A stretch of DNA of 64,000 nucleotides from assembly GCF_009914755.1 (NCBI RefSeq), contig NC_060931.1, one strand, 5' to 3'. The DNA comes from the human T2T-CHM13v2.0 reference genome, Homo sapiens. Below the pieces are notes generated by a model. The model was given only the letters and a program-made list of their open reading frames with translations, made no database searches and was not told the origin of the DNA. A program made the translations under genes and the position numbers. Shown here piece after piece: positions 12,098 to 27,806 of the stretch; the stretch's first letter is position 1, and every line of letters begins with the position of its first letter.

Positions 12098-12167
12098 CCC
12101 TGCTCCCCTGGGTGCACTTCCTCCCTGCTCCCGTGGGTGCACTTCCTCCCTGTCCAGGGAGTGCACT
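12098..12167. repeat. 25-bp tandem duplication, about 2.8 copies
   Basis: CCCTGCTCCC(C/G)TGGGTGCACTTCCT at 12098 and 12123 plus a degenerate third copy. Confidence 0.85.
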
Positions 12168-12678
12168 CGCTTCATTGCCCAGTGCGACTGGGTCTGCTTT
12201 GCAGGGGCCATATCTGTCTGATTGTGCTTGGGCAGATTTCTCTTGTCTCCACCTAGCTGGGGTGATTCAAGTAGGAAAAAAGAAAACCCTCCTGCACAGA
12301 TTGTGCGATCATTTCATTTCCTTGCCTTTGTTTGTCATTTCTCCTGTCTGAAAAAACAGGGAATCCACTAAAGGCCAGAACATTGTACTCTGCTTCCATC
12401 CTCATGAAATCTTGGCTTTTCTTTGCAGGAAGCGTCCAAAATAACACAGGATTGGTCCTGGGGTCCCAGGCAAAAGTGAGAGGTCAGAAGGGTCTCCATG
12501 GTTCTCACTCCTCTCTCTGTGACCTTCACTAGCTCACTTCCTTCCTGCCCAGTTCTCATTCTCTCGTCCAGTCTTTTCTTTGTCTTCCTGTGGATGAATA
12601 CATGCGTAAACATAAGAATAAAGGCAAAAGTCTCAATGGAATCTATCAAACTGTTCATTGTTAACCACTTTCCTGTAG

Positions 12679-13103
<425 letters not shown>

Positions 13104-16100
13104 TATTAATTTCTGTATTTGATTTTTTTTACAGCACATGAAATAGTTTTGATGTTTAAATGAAGGAAACAAAAGCAGTGCTTTCGATAGCCCAAGCTTA
13201 TCTTTCCTAAATGAACCCAAACCTCACAGTTATTCCCTTTACTTCCCACTCCCGATCACACTTGTCCCAGGTGGATCACGTCCGAGACCAGCACTCCATG
13301 AATTTTAGGAGCCAGAGCGGACCGTGAAGGTGTCCTGGTAGCTGAGGTCCTATGGCCGCTCATGAAATTTTAGTGAGCCATGGCTTCCCTGAGGCTGTGG
13401 CCCGCAAAGTCTGAAGGGAGTCACCTCCTTCAAATCCACTGAGCAAGGCCTGGGGAGTAATGGGAGGTCCCCCGTCTGACTCACACCTGACACCAGCAAC
13501 CGCCCGGGGACGGTGAGGGACCATGGGGTCAGCCTCATTCTCTCTGCACATGTTTGCTGGCCAACGTTCCAGCCAGCGGGCCTGGACTGGAGGGCTGGGA
13601 TGGAGAGGGTGGGGCAGGAAGGCAGAGCCTGCCCTGAGGGAACCGGGAGGTGTTCCGCGCAGGCTCTGCTGCTTTCTGACGTGTGACCGTGTGCACAGGA
13701 TTTGTCCCAAGTCCCACCTGCCTCTTCTGGAAAGTGGAGCGATGAGGTGAGCAGGCACAGAGGTCACAAGGAGAATTCAGGGATCTAGAGACCCCCAGAG
13801 CTTGCCCTGTGCCCATGCTGCAGTGGGCACTCTCCTGGCATGGCCACGTCTGTCACCCGTGATGCTCACAGCCTGCTCACTACTGGAAGGCTTTAATTTT
13901 CTGAAGCAGTGATATTTAATTTATTTGAAATTTCAAATGTCATTAAAGGAGACGTGCTATTTTTAGGCTAGGAATTTAAAATGCTTCCAAAATGCCTCAT
14001 CCCCATCGCTCTTATTGCAAGCATGTATTAGCTGTTCTCACGCCTGCTGAGAATGCCCTGTGACTGAAGCAGGGGCTGCTTCTGGGGGACAGTGCAGCCA
14101 CCATGTGGGTCAATATAAGGAAATCAGGATGATACAAGTGATGTGGGTTTGCACCATCATCCTGGCTGCTCTGTGTGCTGACGTGTGTATAACATTGACA
14201 CGAGGATGCCTGTAGCAGATGGGGGTTTAGCTAGAAAGCAGGAGGCAGTGCACGATGAGTATGGTGCAGTATCTCCAGCAGACCTATGCTGGGCAGAAAC
14301 CTCACAGTTCTGTCCAAAGGGAGCTTCATCCCTCCGATGGCCATTCCCCTGCAGTCCGTGAACCCCCAGGATAGCTGCACCGCATCAGCAGAACAATTGC
14401 AGTGCCTTTACAGTGAAGGAACACAGGCTCCAGCTGTCAGCTCCATCTCAAAACCTACCCACCCCACTCATCCTGCACACGCTGCCCCAGCCCCATGCCC
14501 CAGAGGCTGCCCAAGCACCTAGCGAAGCCCTCCAGGATGCTTGGCTCTGGGCCTGTTGTTTCAAGCCCTGCCCTGCCTTCTGGCTGCTGGATGGGGAATT
14601 GCAGTGAGATTCCTTCCCTCCGAAGCTCCATCTGGTGCAACATCTGGAGCTGGTCCCCCAGCATAGGAGGATGTGAGTGGGATGATGAATGGCACCTCAG
14701 AAGTGTGCTGTTGGGGAGGGCCCACCTGTTTACCAACATGATTGCAAAACTTAAATAGCTCTGGGGATTCTGAACTGCTCTTCTTGGGGGGCTCCCCACC
14801 GAGAGCATTTTAGGCCCTGTGCATAGCAGGATTATAAAAAAGTCATATTTAAGACTTGATCATGCTTCTGGCATTTGGAAGGAAATGGATGGATGAAGAA
14901 GAAACAGAAAAGATTATAGAGAACTGGAAAACAACAATTTAACTGCTAGGATATGAATCCCAAATGTTATAGGGGAAGTTTTGGGATGAAGAGAAGACGG
15001 AGCAATGGCTGCCACTGACTCAGTGATGTGTAGGACATGGGGAAGCCGGGATTGTGGACACTCCCCACCGTGGTACCCCCCGCTCCAGTGGTACCCTCCC
15101 CCGCCCCCGGCATGGGCAGCTCAGACCACCGGGAAAGTTCCAGCAGGCAGATACATTGCTTCCCACACAAGCTCATTGGGAGAAGGCGGCTCTTTTTTTC
15201 TCATTGTTACAATATGATTTGATTCGTGGTGTTGTAATGATTAGCAAGCAGAACCAATGTGGTTTCTTTCCCCAGCATCGCTTGAATCTACAGCAAACTG
15301 TCCAGAGAAGGGATCACAGTGGGATTCTGATGCCTTATTATGATGTCACCTTCACGAGGAGGTTTAGAGGTTTGCTTTTGTTTTGCTCTTCTAAGAAAAA
15401 AGAATGTGCCATTTGGACATTTCACCTTCAATTTGGAACTTAAAAATTTAGTCCATAAACAGGAAATAAACAGAACTTTTGAGAGCTCCCTCTCTCATTT
15501 GGCAAGGCCCCCCACTTGCCCTCAGCACTTGGGCACCCACCTTGACTTACAGAGGAAGCCCTGGAAACAGCCAAGGATGGGGGAAACCAATCCTGGGAGC
15601 ACAGGGGTACTCGCCTGCCAACCTGCTGACCTCTGGGACCAAATACCAGGGCTCCGTGGAGACATGGCTTTTTCTGGGAGGATATACTGAAAAACAGAGC
15701 AAAAGGGGAATTGTTTGCTGTGTGAGATTGCCAAGTCAGCCCTAGGAAAGAAAGGCCCAAGGGCACATCTGCAGAAGGACTGGAGGGTCAGTCTGAGCTC
15801 ATATTTGCCAAGTCTCCAAAGAATAGGCATCTTATGGTCTCAGCACGAGGGAGAAGAGAGAATTTCACCTAGGATGGCTTCCAGTAAGCACCTGTGATGT
15901 CTGGGTTCTCTCCATTCCCAGGCCTGAGAGCGGCTGCACAGTCCTGATTCCTGGAGCGCTGGCCCAGGCCGGGTCCTCCATGTCACCCCCTTTAATATCT
16001 ACATTTATTCATGCAGACGCGGACTCTGAGCAAAGTATCAGGAGCCTGGTGATTCAAGTTGGGAGAATCCACCAAAGTGCTTTCCCCACCAGGATTCACT

Positions 16101-16758
16101 CACTTGGGCCTCTTTGGAGGCTCTTCCTCCCCACTCTCCTCTTAAAGGCCAGGAGAGAGGCTGGCAAGGTCGCCTGTCTCCCTCCTCCACACCTGTTCCT
16201 AGATAGCTGCTTCCTGCCGGGACTCCGTGATCTTGTCTGCAATGGGTCCAGATCTGTAGACTGTCATCTAACCCCTAGATTCCTACAGCGGACTGACTAC
16301 CATTGTCCGTGCATAGCAAGCTTGTCCCTAAAGCTCAGACGATGGCCTCCCCAGTGCTTCCCCAGAACCCGATGTGGTTTTCAGTAGAGGCTTCTTCCAT
16401 GGAAGCTGCCAATATGTGTCCCACCTGCCGGCATTAGACCTGGGGCACCTGATTGCTTCTGCCCGCCCCAGGATGCTTGCCCCAGGCCTCTCCCATCCAT
16501 CCAGGTCACCTCCTCCCTAGACCTTCTCAGCAGCCCCTGGCTTGTCTCTGAGCTGCGGGCTTTCTGTTCCTGGACTGCCCTTCACCCTGTCCCCAGAGCC
16601 TCCTCAGCACTGATCTGATTTTGTCACTGCATTCCTGTGCTTGTAAGCCTGTGACCAGCAATACTGTCACTTCTTAGAAAACATTTTGGTCTCGACACGG
16701 TTCACACAGGCAATGCCCCGCCATCATTGCTTCCAATTGTGTTCGACGGGAAGCAGAC

Positions 16759-17082
16759 AGTAGCAGCGACGGCTCTTGGTGCTCACCCAGACCTCCCTTG
16801 CTGGGAGGTTGCCCCAAGACCCTGCAGCCTGTTACTGATGGAGGCAGGTACACACATAGCCATCCCCTTGCCCTCCCTCAGGGACCAGCTGTGAAGTACA
16901 GTGCGTGCGTGCACTTCCAGATGGCATTCGACTGCAGCTGGTCTCCAGTTGGGACCACATCAGTGCCTCCCGTCTCCCCTACCCCAGGCCACTTCCCTCC
17001 CTCCTCCTATTAACATCATGCTCCCCAATAATCCCCACAGCCCCGCCTCAGCCTCTGCTTCTGGGGAACCTGACCTAAGGCA
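16759..17082 (+). mobile_element. LTR16-family ERVL LTR
   Basis: Starts GTAGCAGCGACGGCTCTTGGTGCTCACCCAGA and ends CTCTGCTTCTGGGGAACCTGACCTAAGGCA, typical LTR16 termini. Confidence 0.7.
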
Positions 17083-18380
17083 ACAGCAACATTTCCCTGG
17101 GGCTGAGGAGGCAGGCATGCTTTTAAAGAGGCTTTTCCATCACCTTTGAGCATCACCTGCCTACGAGATCAACCCCACACATTTGAGTTTGGCACATGAC
17201 ACATTGCACGGCCTGGCACGGCCTTTCTTTCCTGCCTTCATCTTTCGCCTCTCTATGCCCTGTTCTTTGAGCTTAGCCTGGGGTTCTCCACAGAAACCAC
17301 ACTGTTGGACTCTTTTATGCCTTGGTGCATCCTAGATGTCACATTACAGTAGTTTGGAGAGACTTTTCTTAGGTGTAAGTGAGATAAAGGGGTTGCTGGA
17401 GGTGCTGGCTACAGGGCAGTGACAGAGAAAGCAGTGGGGTAGGCTTGCCACATGGAAGAGAGCAGGTGAAGGAGGAGACATAATTTTTTCACAGGAGGCA
17501 GCTGCTGCCTGTCCAGCACATGAACCAGGGGTACAGGGATGGGGTGCGACCAGCAGCTAATCTAACTGGTGTATCTTCACATTGCATGTTACCATCAGGA
17601 TGGAGAGAGCAGGTGCTCTCTGGACCCTCTGTCTCCCAGCCTGACTCTTCCCAAGACTGTGAGCACCTACAGAGCAGGCCTCAATCCATAACCTTGGTAT
17701 TCTTGTGTTGAGTTTTATGCCCGCTGCAATGCTAGACTGAGATGCCTCTTGTATGGAAAATATTTCTTAGGAGTTTAGCAAATTTATGTCATTGGCTGAT
17801 ATTTCAGGCCAATCCATTTTGGGATTAGAACATTATCAGGATGTAACCTTAGAGTTCACTTAGTTCCGGCAAAACCTCTTAACTTCAGTTCCCTCATCTA
17901 TAAGAATAAGGGATTCATTTGTGATCATATAGCTCAGGTAATCCAGGACCAGAAACCCAGGAGCGTGGGACCTGATCCACAGCTAGAGGATGGGGGACTC
18001 TGTAGCTACAGCATTTTCCTGAACACACAAGAAATCCAGTAAGCAGCACACACTGGCTGAGTCGGCTTTCCAATCAGAAACAAGCCCTTGACTTGCCGGA
18101 GTTGGAAGACTGCAAGTACCTGCCCAAATGTCCACCCAACAGATAAACTCCCTGTTACGTACATAATTACAAGCATTCTTTACCTGACAGTCCCATGGCT
18201 GGACAAGCCAAGCTAAGTTTTCAGTGTACATAAAAAGCATAAAACCCGATGAAGTGGCCTGCCTAAAAATTAATGTGATGGCCGCAATTGCAGCTTTTGT
18301 GGCCCTGACGTTAGTCTTTGAACGAGTCTGCCTTCTGGGTCAAGTGAACTTTTACTCTGGGATTATAGAAAGCAAAGTAA

Positions 18381-18722
<342 letters not shown>

Positions 18723-18887
18723 TTATTACTTTTAGATAAAAGGCACTTGTTACATCAGCCATTTCACATCCATTGATAAAGATGGGTGCTTCTGAAATGG
18801 CCACAGCTGACAGCCAATACACCTGCAGGTCCACCCTCTGCTGGTCATTTTCTGACCACAGTAAGTGCTCAGCAGCCATCCCCAGAG

Positions 18888-19091
18888 CAGGGGTCAGCAA
18901 AATTCTACATCAAGGGTCAAATAGTAAATATTTTAGGCTTTCCAGGACCTACAGTTTTCCTATCAACTACTCAACTCTCCTTTTACTTGAAGCAATAGTC
19001 AACACATAGATGAACGGGTGTGACTGTGTACCAATAAAACTTTATTTACAAAACAACAGCAGGCCCCGGGGCCATAGTTTGCTGACTCCCG
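18888..19091 (-). mobile_element. MER58A hAT-Charlie MITE
   Basis: TIRs CAGGGGTCAGCAAA / TTTGCTGACTCCCG; internal ATAGTAAATATTTTAGGCTTT and CCAATAAAACTTTATTTACAAAA. Confidence 0.9.
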
Positions 19092-21997
19092 CCATTGTGT
19101 AGCCTGAAGTGGAGCTCAGAAGCAGGGGCTCCAGCCGTGGGTGGCAAACTCTCAAACCCAATGACACCAACAGTATCTTTGGTTAGAGCATTTAGAGTTT
19201 TAGCCATAGTTCAATTAGCAGCTGATGATTTGTTCCTCGATCAGCCCAAGCATGTGGAACATAATTGTTCCTTCAATTCCCATCAGCCAGGAGGTGACAG
19301 GGAAATGACCTATTAGCTGACTTCAGGCAGCAGGAAAAGTCCAAAGTTGGCTGCTGCCATTGCCATATTGATTGGTGATCCAAGAGAAGTGTGGTAACTA
19401 TGACCAAGAAGAAAAGGTCTAGGGGAACTATTCCTTATATTGTGGAAATATTCCATACTTCGCTGGGATATTTTCACTGAAATCGTTTTGAACTGAGAAC
19501 CAGGGCCATTCCTCTGACTGTAAAGCTTTGTAGAATATATTCAATTCTGCATGTTACTGATGGGTGCTAACCTTTTGTGTGTGTTTGTGTGATGTTCGGG
19601 CTTAAGGGATCTCTGGACAATAATAATGATAATTCAGCTGCCTGGGATCTTGATGAAACCCATCCACTCCTTCCCACCTTTCCCATGTCAGATCTTCTAC
19701 AAAGCAAACTGATGCTTTCAGTAAAATATTACTGATGCAATCCAAGAAACAGAAAAAACAGCCCACCAATTTACTCCCATTTGAACCCCTGAAGCCTGTT
19801 CACAGTATTACCACATTGTTATTGAAGTTTACAGAACAAAACCATAGATGGAACCCAAGAATTCTTCTAGTTCAAGCCCATTTTAGAGCTAGATTGACTG
19901 AAGTCTAAGGTGATGTGATCTATGTGATTTCCCCACTTTCAAATATCTCCTAAGAAATGGCCATAGAATGTATGAGATTTCTTTTTAAAAGAACTTTACT
20001 CATACTGCATACATGCATGTACACACACACATGCATGCACACACACCAAAGCTCAGGATCTCCTTTGAAGGAGTGTCGAGCTCACGAATGGTAAGAGCCC
20101 GTGTGGCTCAGGCCCTCTGCAGAGCCAGGGCAGAGAGACAGATGCCATTTTGGGGACAATTTAGGCTGCACAGCTGCTCTCTCTGAACTGCCAACAGCTG
20201 AACCAAAATGCTCAGGAGGTGGGCTGGGCAGCCCTGGGCTGTGGGCACAGTGTCCTTGGGTATTTACAATCCCTCGATCCTTGCCTGATTGGTTTTCCAT
20301 AGGCAGGGCTTCGTCCAAGTTCCTAGGGTCGCAATACCATTCTCATTAGAAGGTTCCTCTTGAGAGACACCATGGAGCAGGGAAGGTCTTGGGTGTCCTC
20401 CCATCTCATTTGCCCTTCCCCTAGGTGCCTGTGTTTCCCATCCCAGTGGGGATCCAAAGCATGTCCTGGGCATTGGGTAAGGGTTTAGAACCTTGTCCCC
20501 GCCTGCATATGATAGACATGGGGAGGGACAGGATCAGGAGGTTGCTAGGTAGAGCCTGCAGGTGCCTTTCCCTGAACTCTGTTATGTGGCTGAGTTCTTC
20601 AGAGAAATAGTCAGGAGCTAAGGGGTTAAACAAGCATCCCTCCCTGCAGAGACAGGCAGGTCAGAGGCTGCATCTGTTAAATTAGGGTCCAGGCCACAGA
20701 GGTAATACCTACCACTCTAAACTGTTAGCCTTCCAATACTACACTCCAGTTCTGGGAGTGAGTAACTGTGTGTCCAGAGATAGAAGCCATAAGCACTTGA
20801 GTTACAGAACTGCTGAGAAATTGGTCTGATGGTCTAGTAGCCTTGTGCCAGGAGAACAGTTCCTATGTAGAAACTGGTCAGCATTTTCTTCTGAAAACGT
20901 AATCATCATTGCAGTGAGTATAAACTTCCATTTATATGCCAGGAACCTATAAGTTTCAGAATGTGTCTGATCCCTGAAGATGTCCCTTCTCTCAGACGGC
21001 TGGCCCTTGCCCCACTGTTGCTGGGTTGTGTATAATCTGTATGTCCAGTCAACCTCAGCTCTCAGCCTCTGAGCCCAGGGGACAGAAGGCCGTGGCTTTA
21101 AATGTTCACTTAAATATTGTCAAGGTAGTATGTTTATTGTGTACTCCCAATGGTTGTCTTAGAAAACCAAGGATGGTGTCATCCTTAGACCTAAGGGGCC
21201 CCAGGCCTGGCAGTGCCTTCCTTCAGAGTTCTAAGCTCCAATGCCTGTGTGTGGCCTGGCTCACAGAGCCATCTGAGCAGGACCCCTGAGCCCAGCCTGT
21301 CTTCCCCTCTTGGATGTTCTCCAACCCTCCACCCACCCGCCCCATGCATGAGTCAACCAGATGCCCTGAGGAGCTCTGGGACTTGCACCTACAGGGTCAT
21401 CCCGAGGCCCTGTGGCCAGATAGGCACCAATCCCAGGAGAGTGGGGAGGTGAGCTCATCTCTTTTACAGGCCGGCATGGTATTTCTTTGGCAGGATGCTG
21501 TGAGACTGGGTCCCAGAACAGTGCTGGCCTGTTCATTTTGGATGACTCAAATTGCTTTTTAAACAGGAGTCCTGAAAAAAGTATTTGGCCAGGCCCAGAG
21601 TACTATAGGGGCAGCCCTGACCAGGGAAACATTAATATACCCTCTCCCAAAATACAAATCTCTTTTAGACTGTTGCCAGCAGTCTCAGGAATGATCAATA
21701 CTAGTGGTTGAGACTAGAGGGACCATTAAGTAAGTGGAGTTGATCTTTATTGGATATAGCTGGCCCTCTTTGGTAAGATGTGATCAGAAGAGAAATTCAG
21801 GCAGCAGGCTACATAATCTTCATAGAAAGTAAATTTCAAATGCATCATACAAAATTCACAGACAAACACATATAATTGCTTAATTGCTTCCTTGTTTAAT
21901 AAAATGTCTTTCCTGATCAATACCTCTTAACAAGTTGACCAAACCAGGTATAGTTTAGCCTCCTGATCAGATTTAGACCTTGAATTTAATGGAGGTA

Positions 21998-22039
21998 TAG
22001 ATAGGTAGGTAGGTAGGTAGGTAGGTAGATAGATAGATA
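21998..22039. repeat. Compound tetranucleotide STR TAGA(TAGG)6(TAGA)3
   Basis: Direct reading. Confidence 0.9.
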
Positions 22040-22749
22040 ACCCATGAATGTTGAAGAATTGTGTCTATATTAAAATTTAGCCAAAGGAGACCAGAGTAAT
22101 ATAATAATTTGTTCCTATGGGAAAAGCACTTTAAGCAAACATGTGCCCCATTGGTGGGTGGGGAGGTATATATTGGTGCTATTTTTTGTACAGCATTACA
22201 TTGTTTCCCTGGTGGGGAAGAACAGGTTAGCTTTATAATTTTGGGAGAGCAATTTAATTTAAAAGATATACCCTCACTGGGATAATTAAATCCTGATGTG
22301 TGAGGTTCTTTCAAATGGAAGATTTGCTTAAGGTGTTCACATTTTGGTTATTCTGAACATTTCTACTTGCTGTGTTGCGGAGTCATGATACTGAAGGGCA
22401 CACATGTTTTTGTATCTCACATATGTGACACATCCTTATCTAAAATTTCAGAGCCAAGAGAAAAGAAGGAATCAGATAGTGATAACCCAGTGAGGTATCT
22501 GCTGCACAGTCTGCCTCTCCAACTTTGCTGAGGAAACTCGAAAGTATGGAAAGCCAGGAGCCCGGCACAGGTCCCTTCCCAGCTTCTGTCTCTTAGCCTG
22601 GCAGAGACTTCAGAGGAGGAACTCCCTGAGAATGGGAAGTCATTCTCTAGTTGTCTTGTGCTTCGTGTTTGTTTTTCATTGTCTTTTTCAAAGTAATGTA
22701 TGCACAACGTGGGTAACACTGACTTTTATTGGCTCATAGTGACAAAAAC

Positions 22750-24730
<1,981 letters not shown>

Positions 24731-24984
24731 TTTGATCCTGTCTGCTTTTATTCAGATCAAATGGATCAGATGACTTAAATCAAAAGGTAATATTTATGAG
24801 ACACAAAGAATTACTCTCTCCTCTCAACAAAAATAAAGCCTCCGCCTCTAACATCATCCAGTCTGCCTCCCAGACATGAACTTGCGCACAAAGATGTCAG
24901 GGAGCCATCAGGCACGGCACTGCCTAAAAAGCCCATGTGGCATAAAGAATGAGCAAAGCGCTACAAATACAGGGTCCTTCTCTA

Positions 24985-25455
24985 CAGGTTATTCACACTG
25001 ATCTTCCCGACAGCACTATTAGTTGGTAATATGTCTATATTGCAGATTAAAAAACATCAGATGGCCAGTCGCAGTGTCTCACACCTGTAATCCCAGCACT
25101 TTGGAAGGCCAAGGCAGGAGGATTTCTTCAGCCCAGGAGTTCCAGCCCAGCCTGGGCAACATAGGGAGATCTCGTCTCTACCAAAAATCAGAAAGTTAGC
25201 TGGGTATGGTGGCACATGCCTTTAGTACCCCCCTACTTGGGAGGCTGAGGTGGAGGATCCCTTGATCCCAGCAGGGTCAAGGCGGCAGTGAGCCCTGATC
25301 ATACCACTGCACTCCAGCCTGGCCAACAGAGCAAGATCCTGTCTCAAAAATAAAAATAAAAATAAAATAAAATACATCAGACATAGAGCGGTTAATTGGC
25401 TACCCAATCCAGAACACCAGGTAGCAAAGACAGGACTTGAACCCGGGACCTCCAG
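24985..25455 (-). mobile_element. MIR split by an AluJ
   Basis: ATATTGCAGATTAAAAAAC before the Alu; AGAGCGGTTAATTGGCTACCCAA..GGACTTGAACCCGGG after it. Confidence 0.6.
25063..25370 (+). mobile_element. AluJ (Jo/Jr)
   Basis: GGAGGATTTCTTCAGCCCAGGAG, GGGCAACATAGGGAGA; TSD ACATCAGA. Confidence 0.95.
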
Positions 25456-26368
25456 GTGTTTCTGGGTGTTCTTTGAGTTCCTCCATCCTGAATCAATAGT
25501 CAAGCATCATGTATAAATGGAGCCACAGTCCTCAAGGATAAACACTAACTGCTTGTAGGCCACTGCAGGCCATTCAGTACAGTGTTTTATTGTGCTGCAA
25601 AGTCACCTGTTTCCACAAGTGCTTCCCCAATGCAGGCTTTCTAAAGTCATCATGGAAAGTAAATTATTTTCCCCTAACAAACTATGCTAAAATGGGCAGG
25701 ATGAGCAGGAAGTGCTTGTGTGGTCTACATTGTATACAACTATCACGGAAAGTTCAACTCATGGGACACTTGGGTTATCTGGAGGACACATGGCCGTGAG
25801 AGGATGTGGCACTTAGAAGCTCCCTTCATCACTTGGTTGGCCCTCATTCATGCATGCTGAGGAGGGGGTGGGAAAAGTTATAGAAGCCAGTAGCCAAACC
25901 CGGTATACCCAAATGTTTAGCTTAGATTGAAGCTTTGGTGTTTCTAATATGTACATTCGGCTCACTTCCAGAAGACAGAGATGGGGGACTTGAAAACTAG
26001 CTTAGCAGAGAGTTAGTTAATCCTAAACCTACCTCGTTCTGTCACCTTGGCGATGAAATGACTATCCTAATACAGTCAGAAGAGGACTTAATAATCAGCC
26101 AGGCAGGTGCGGGGAGGGAATGCCAGAAACATGCAAAACCGCCGACAGCAAGAAGTTTCCATTCTTTTGGGGGTGACTGTGCATAATTAAGTGCCTACAA
26201 TTCCCAAATTAAAAATACCAGTTCCTTTACAACCAGCAGTGGCAGGTCTACTCAGGGGCAGTCAGGAGGCTCCCACAAGTGCAGCTGTCCAGCACTGCAC
26301 CACACCTTTCTCTTTTCTCCAAAAGAAATAGTTTTATATAATAGATATATCCAAAAATGTAGAGGTCA

Positions 26369-26774
<406 letters not shown>

Positions 26775-27806
26775 TCACCTTTTCATAGCACATGCAGAAA
26801 GCACACCTCTGTGAGTTTGCAAAGAGAACAGCCCTCTTCTGCTGTGTGACATTTCAGAAGATGGAGGCTCAGAAGCTTCAAGTCTTATTTTGCTACCAGG
26901 ACAGAAACAGAAGCCAAATCTTTAGGCTTCAGATTTACCTTTTTTTCCTAAGAGTGGGACATCATATTTAATTTTCCAGGTCAAAGACCAGCGCTTGAGT
27001 TGATCATAGATCTTCTCAGAGAAGTCATCTGAAAGGGAAGTAGTCTGTTTTCTTAGTCACCTGAAAAGCCATAGAATAAGATAAGGCTTAGAATAGGAAA
27101 ATATTGGTTTCTCCATGAGAAGAAGGAAGAGAAAACCAAGTTGAACCATTTAAGTCTCAGTTGAGTTGAAATACTCAAGTGACAAAATAATCTGAAAATT
27201 AAAAGTATGGTGTATCTCTAAACAATTATTTTAGCAAACATACTCTGGTTAAAAATGTATTCTAAAGAAGGTTTTATTTAATTATAAATATCTATATTTT
27301 GTTTTTCACCTCTTCCAAAAGGGTAGAATAAAGTAGGAAAATGCACTTGGGTTCATCTCGAAACTCAGAGGCAGCGTGGTGTGGGGCAGAGGGCTAGCAT
27401 GGGAGGTGGGAGGCCTGGTGTTGGCCCGGGAACCCGCACTGACCAGCCTGTGGCCAGGGCCTCATCTGAGTGGAGGGAGGCCTTGGTCTAGAACTGAGAT
27501 TCACCATACAAGCTCCCCAGTCTGCTTGTGGACCAGGAGTGTCTTGGGAATGGGAACCAAACTAATCCAAAGATGAAGTTCAACTCTTTGGTTCTTATGA
27601 AGTGAATAACCCACAATGCCATAGACATTCATTTTTCTATACACTTAAGGGTTACAAAAGGAGTTATTAAATGTGAATAACGTCTTGAATATATAAAATT
27701 AGACTGCAGCTACAGATTTCCCAGGATCCATTCCATATTCCCTGGAATCCAGCTTGCTCCAAGAGCCTGGCACACTCTGGAGCTTTTGCTTCACCCAGCA
27801 GGTACG

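Noticed and set aside
13250-16400. CpG island or cluster of overlapping coding ORFs
   Set aside because: CpG density is visibly below island level; ORFs on both strands reflect GC richness and match no protein I recognise
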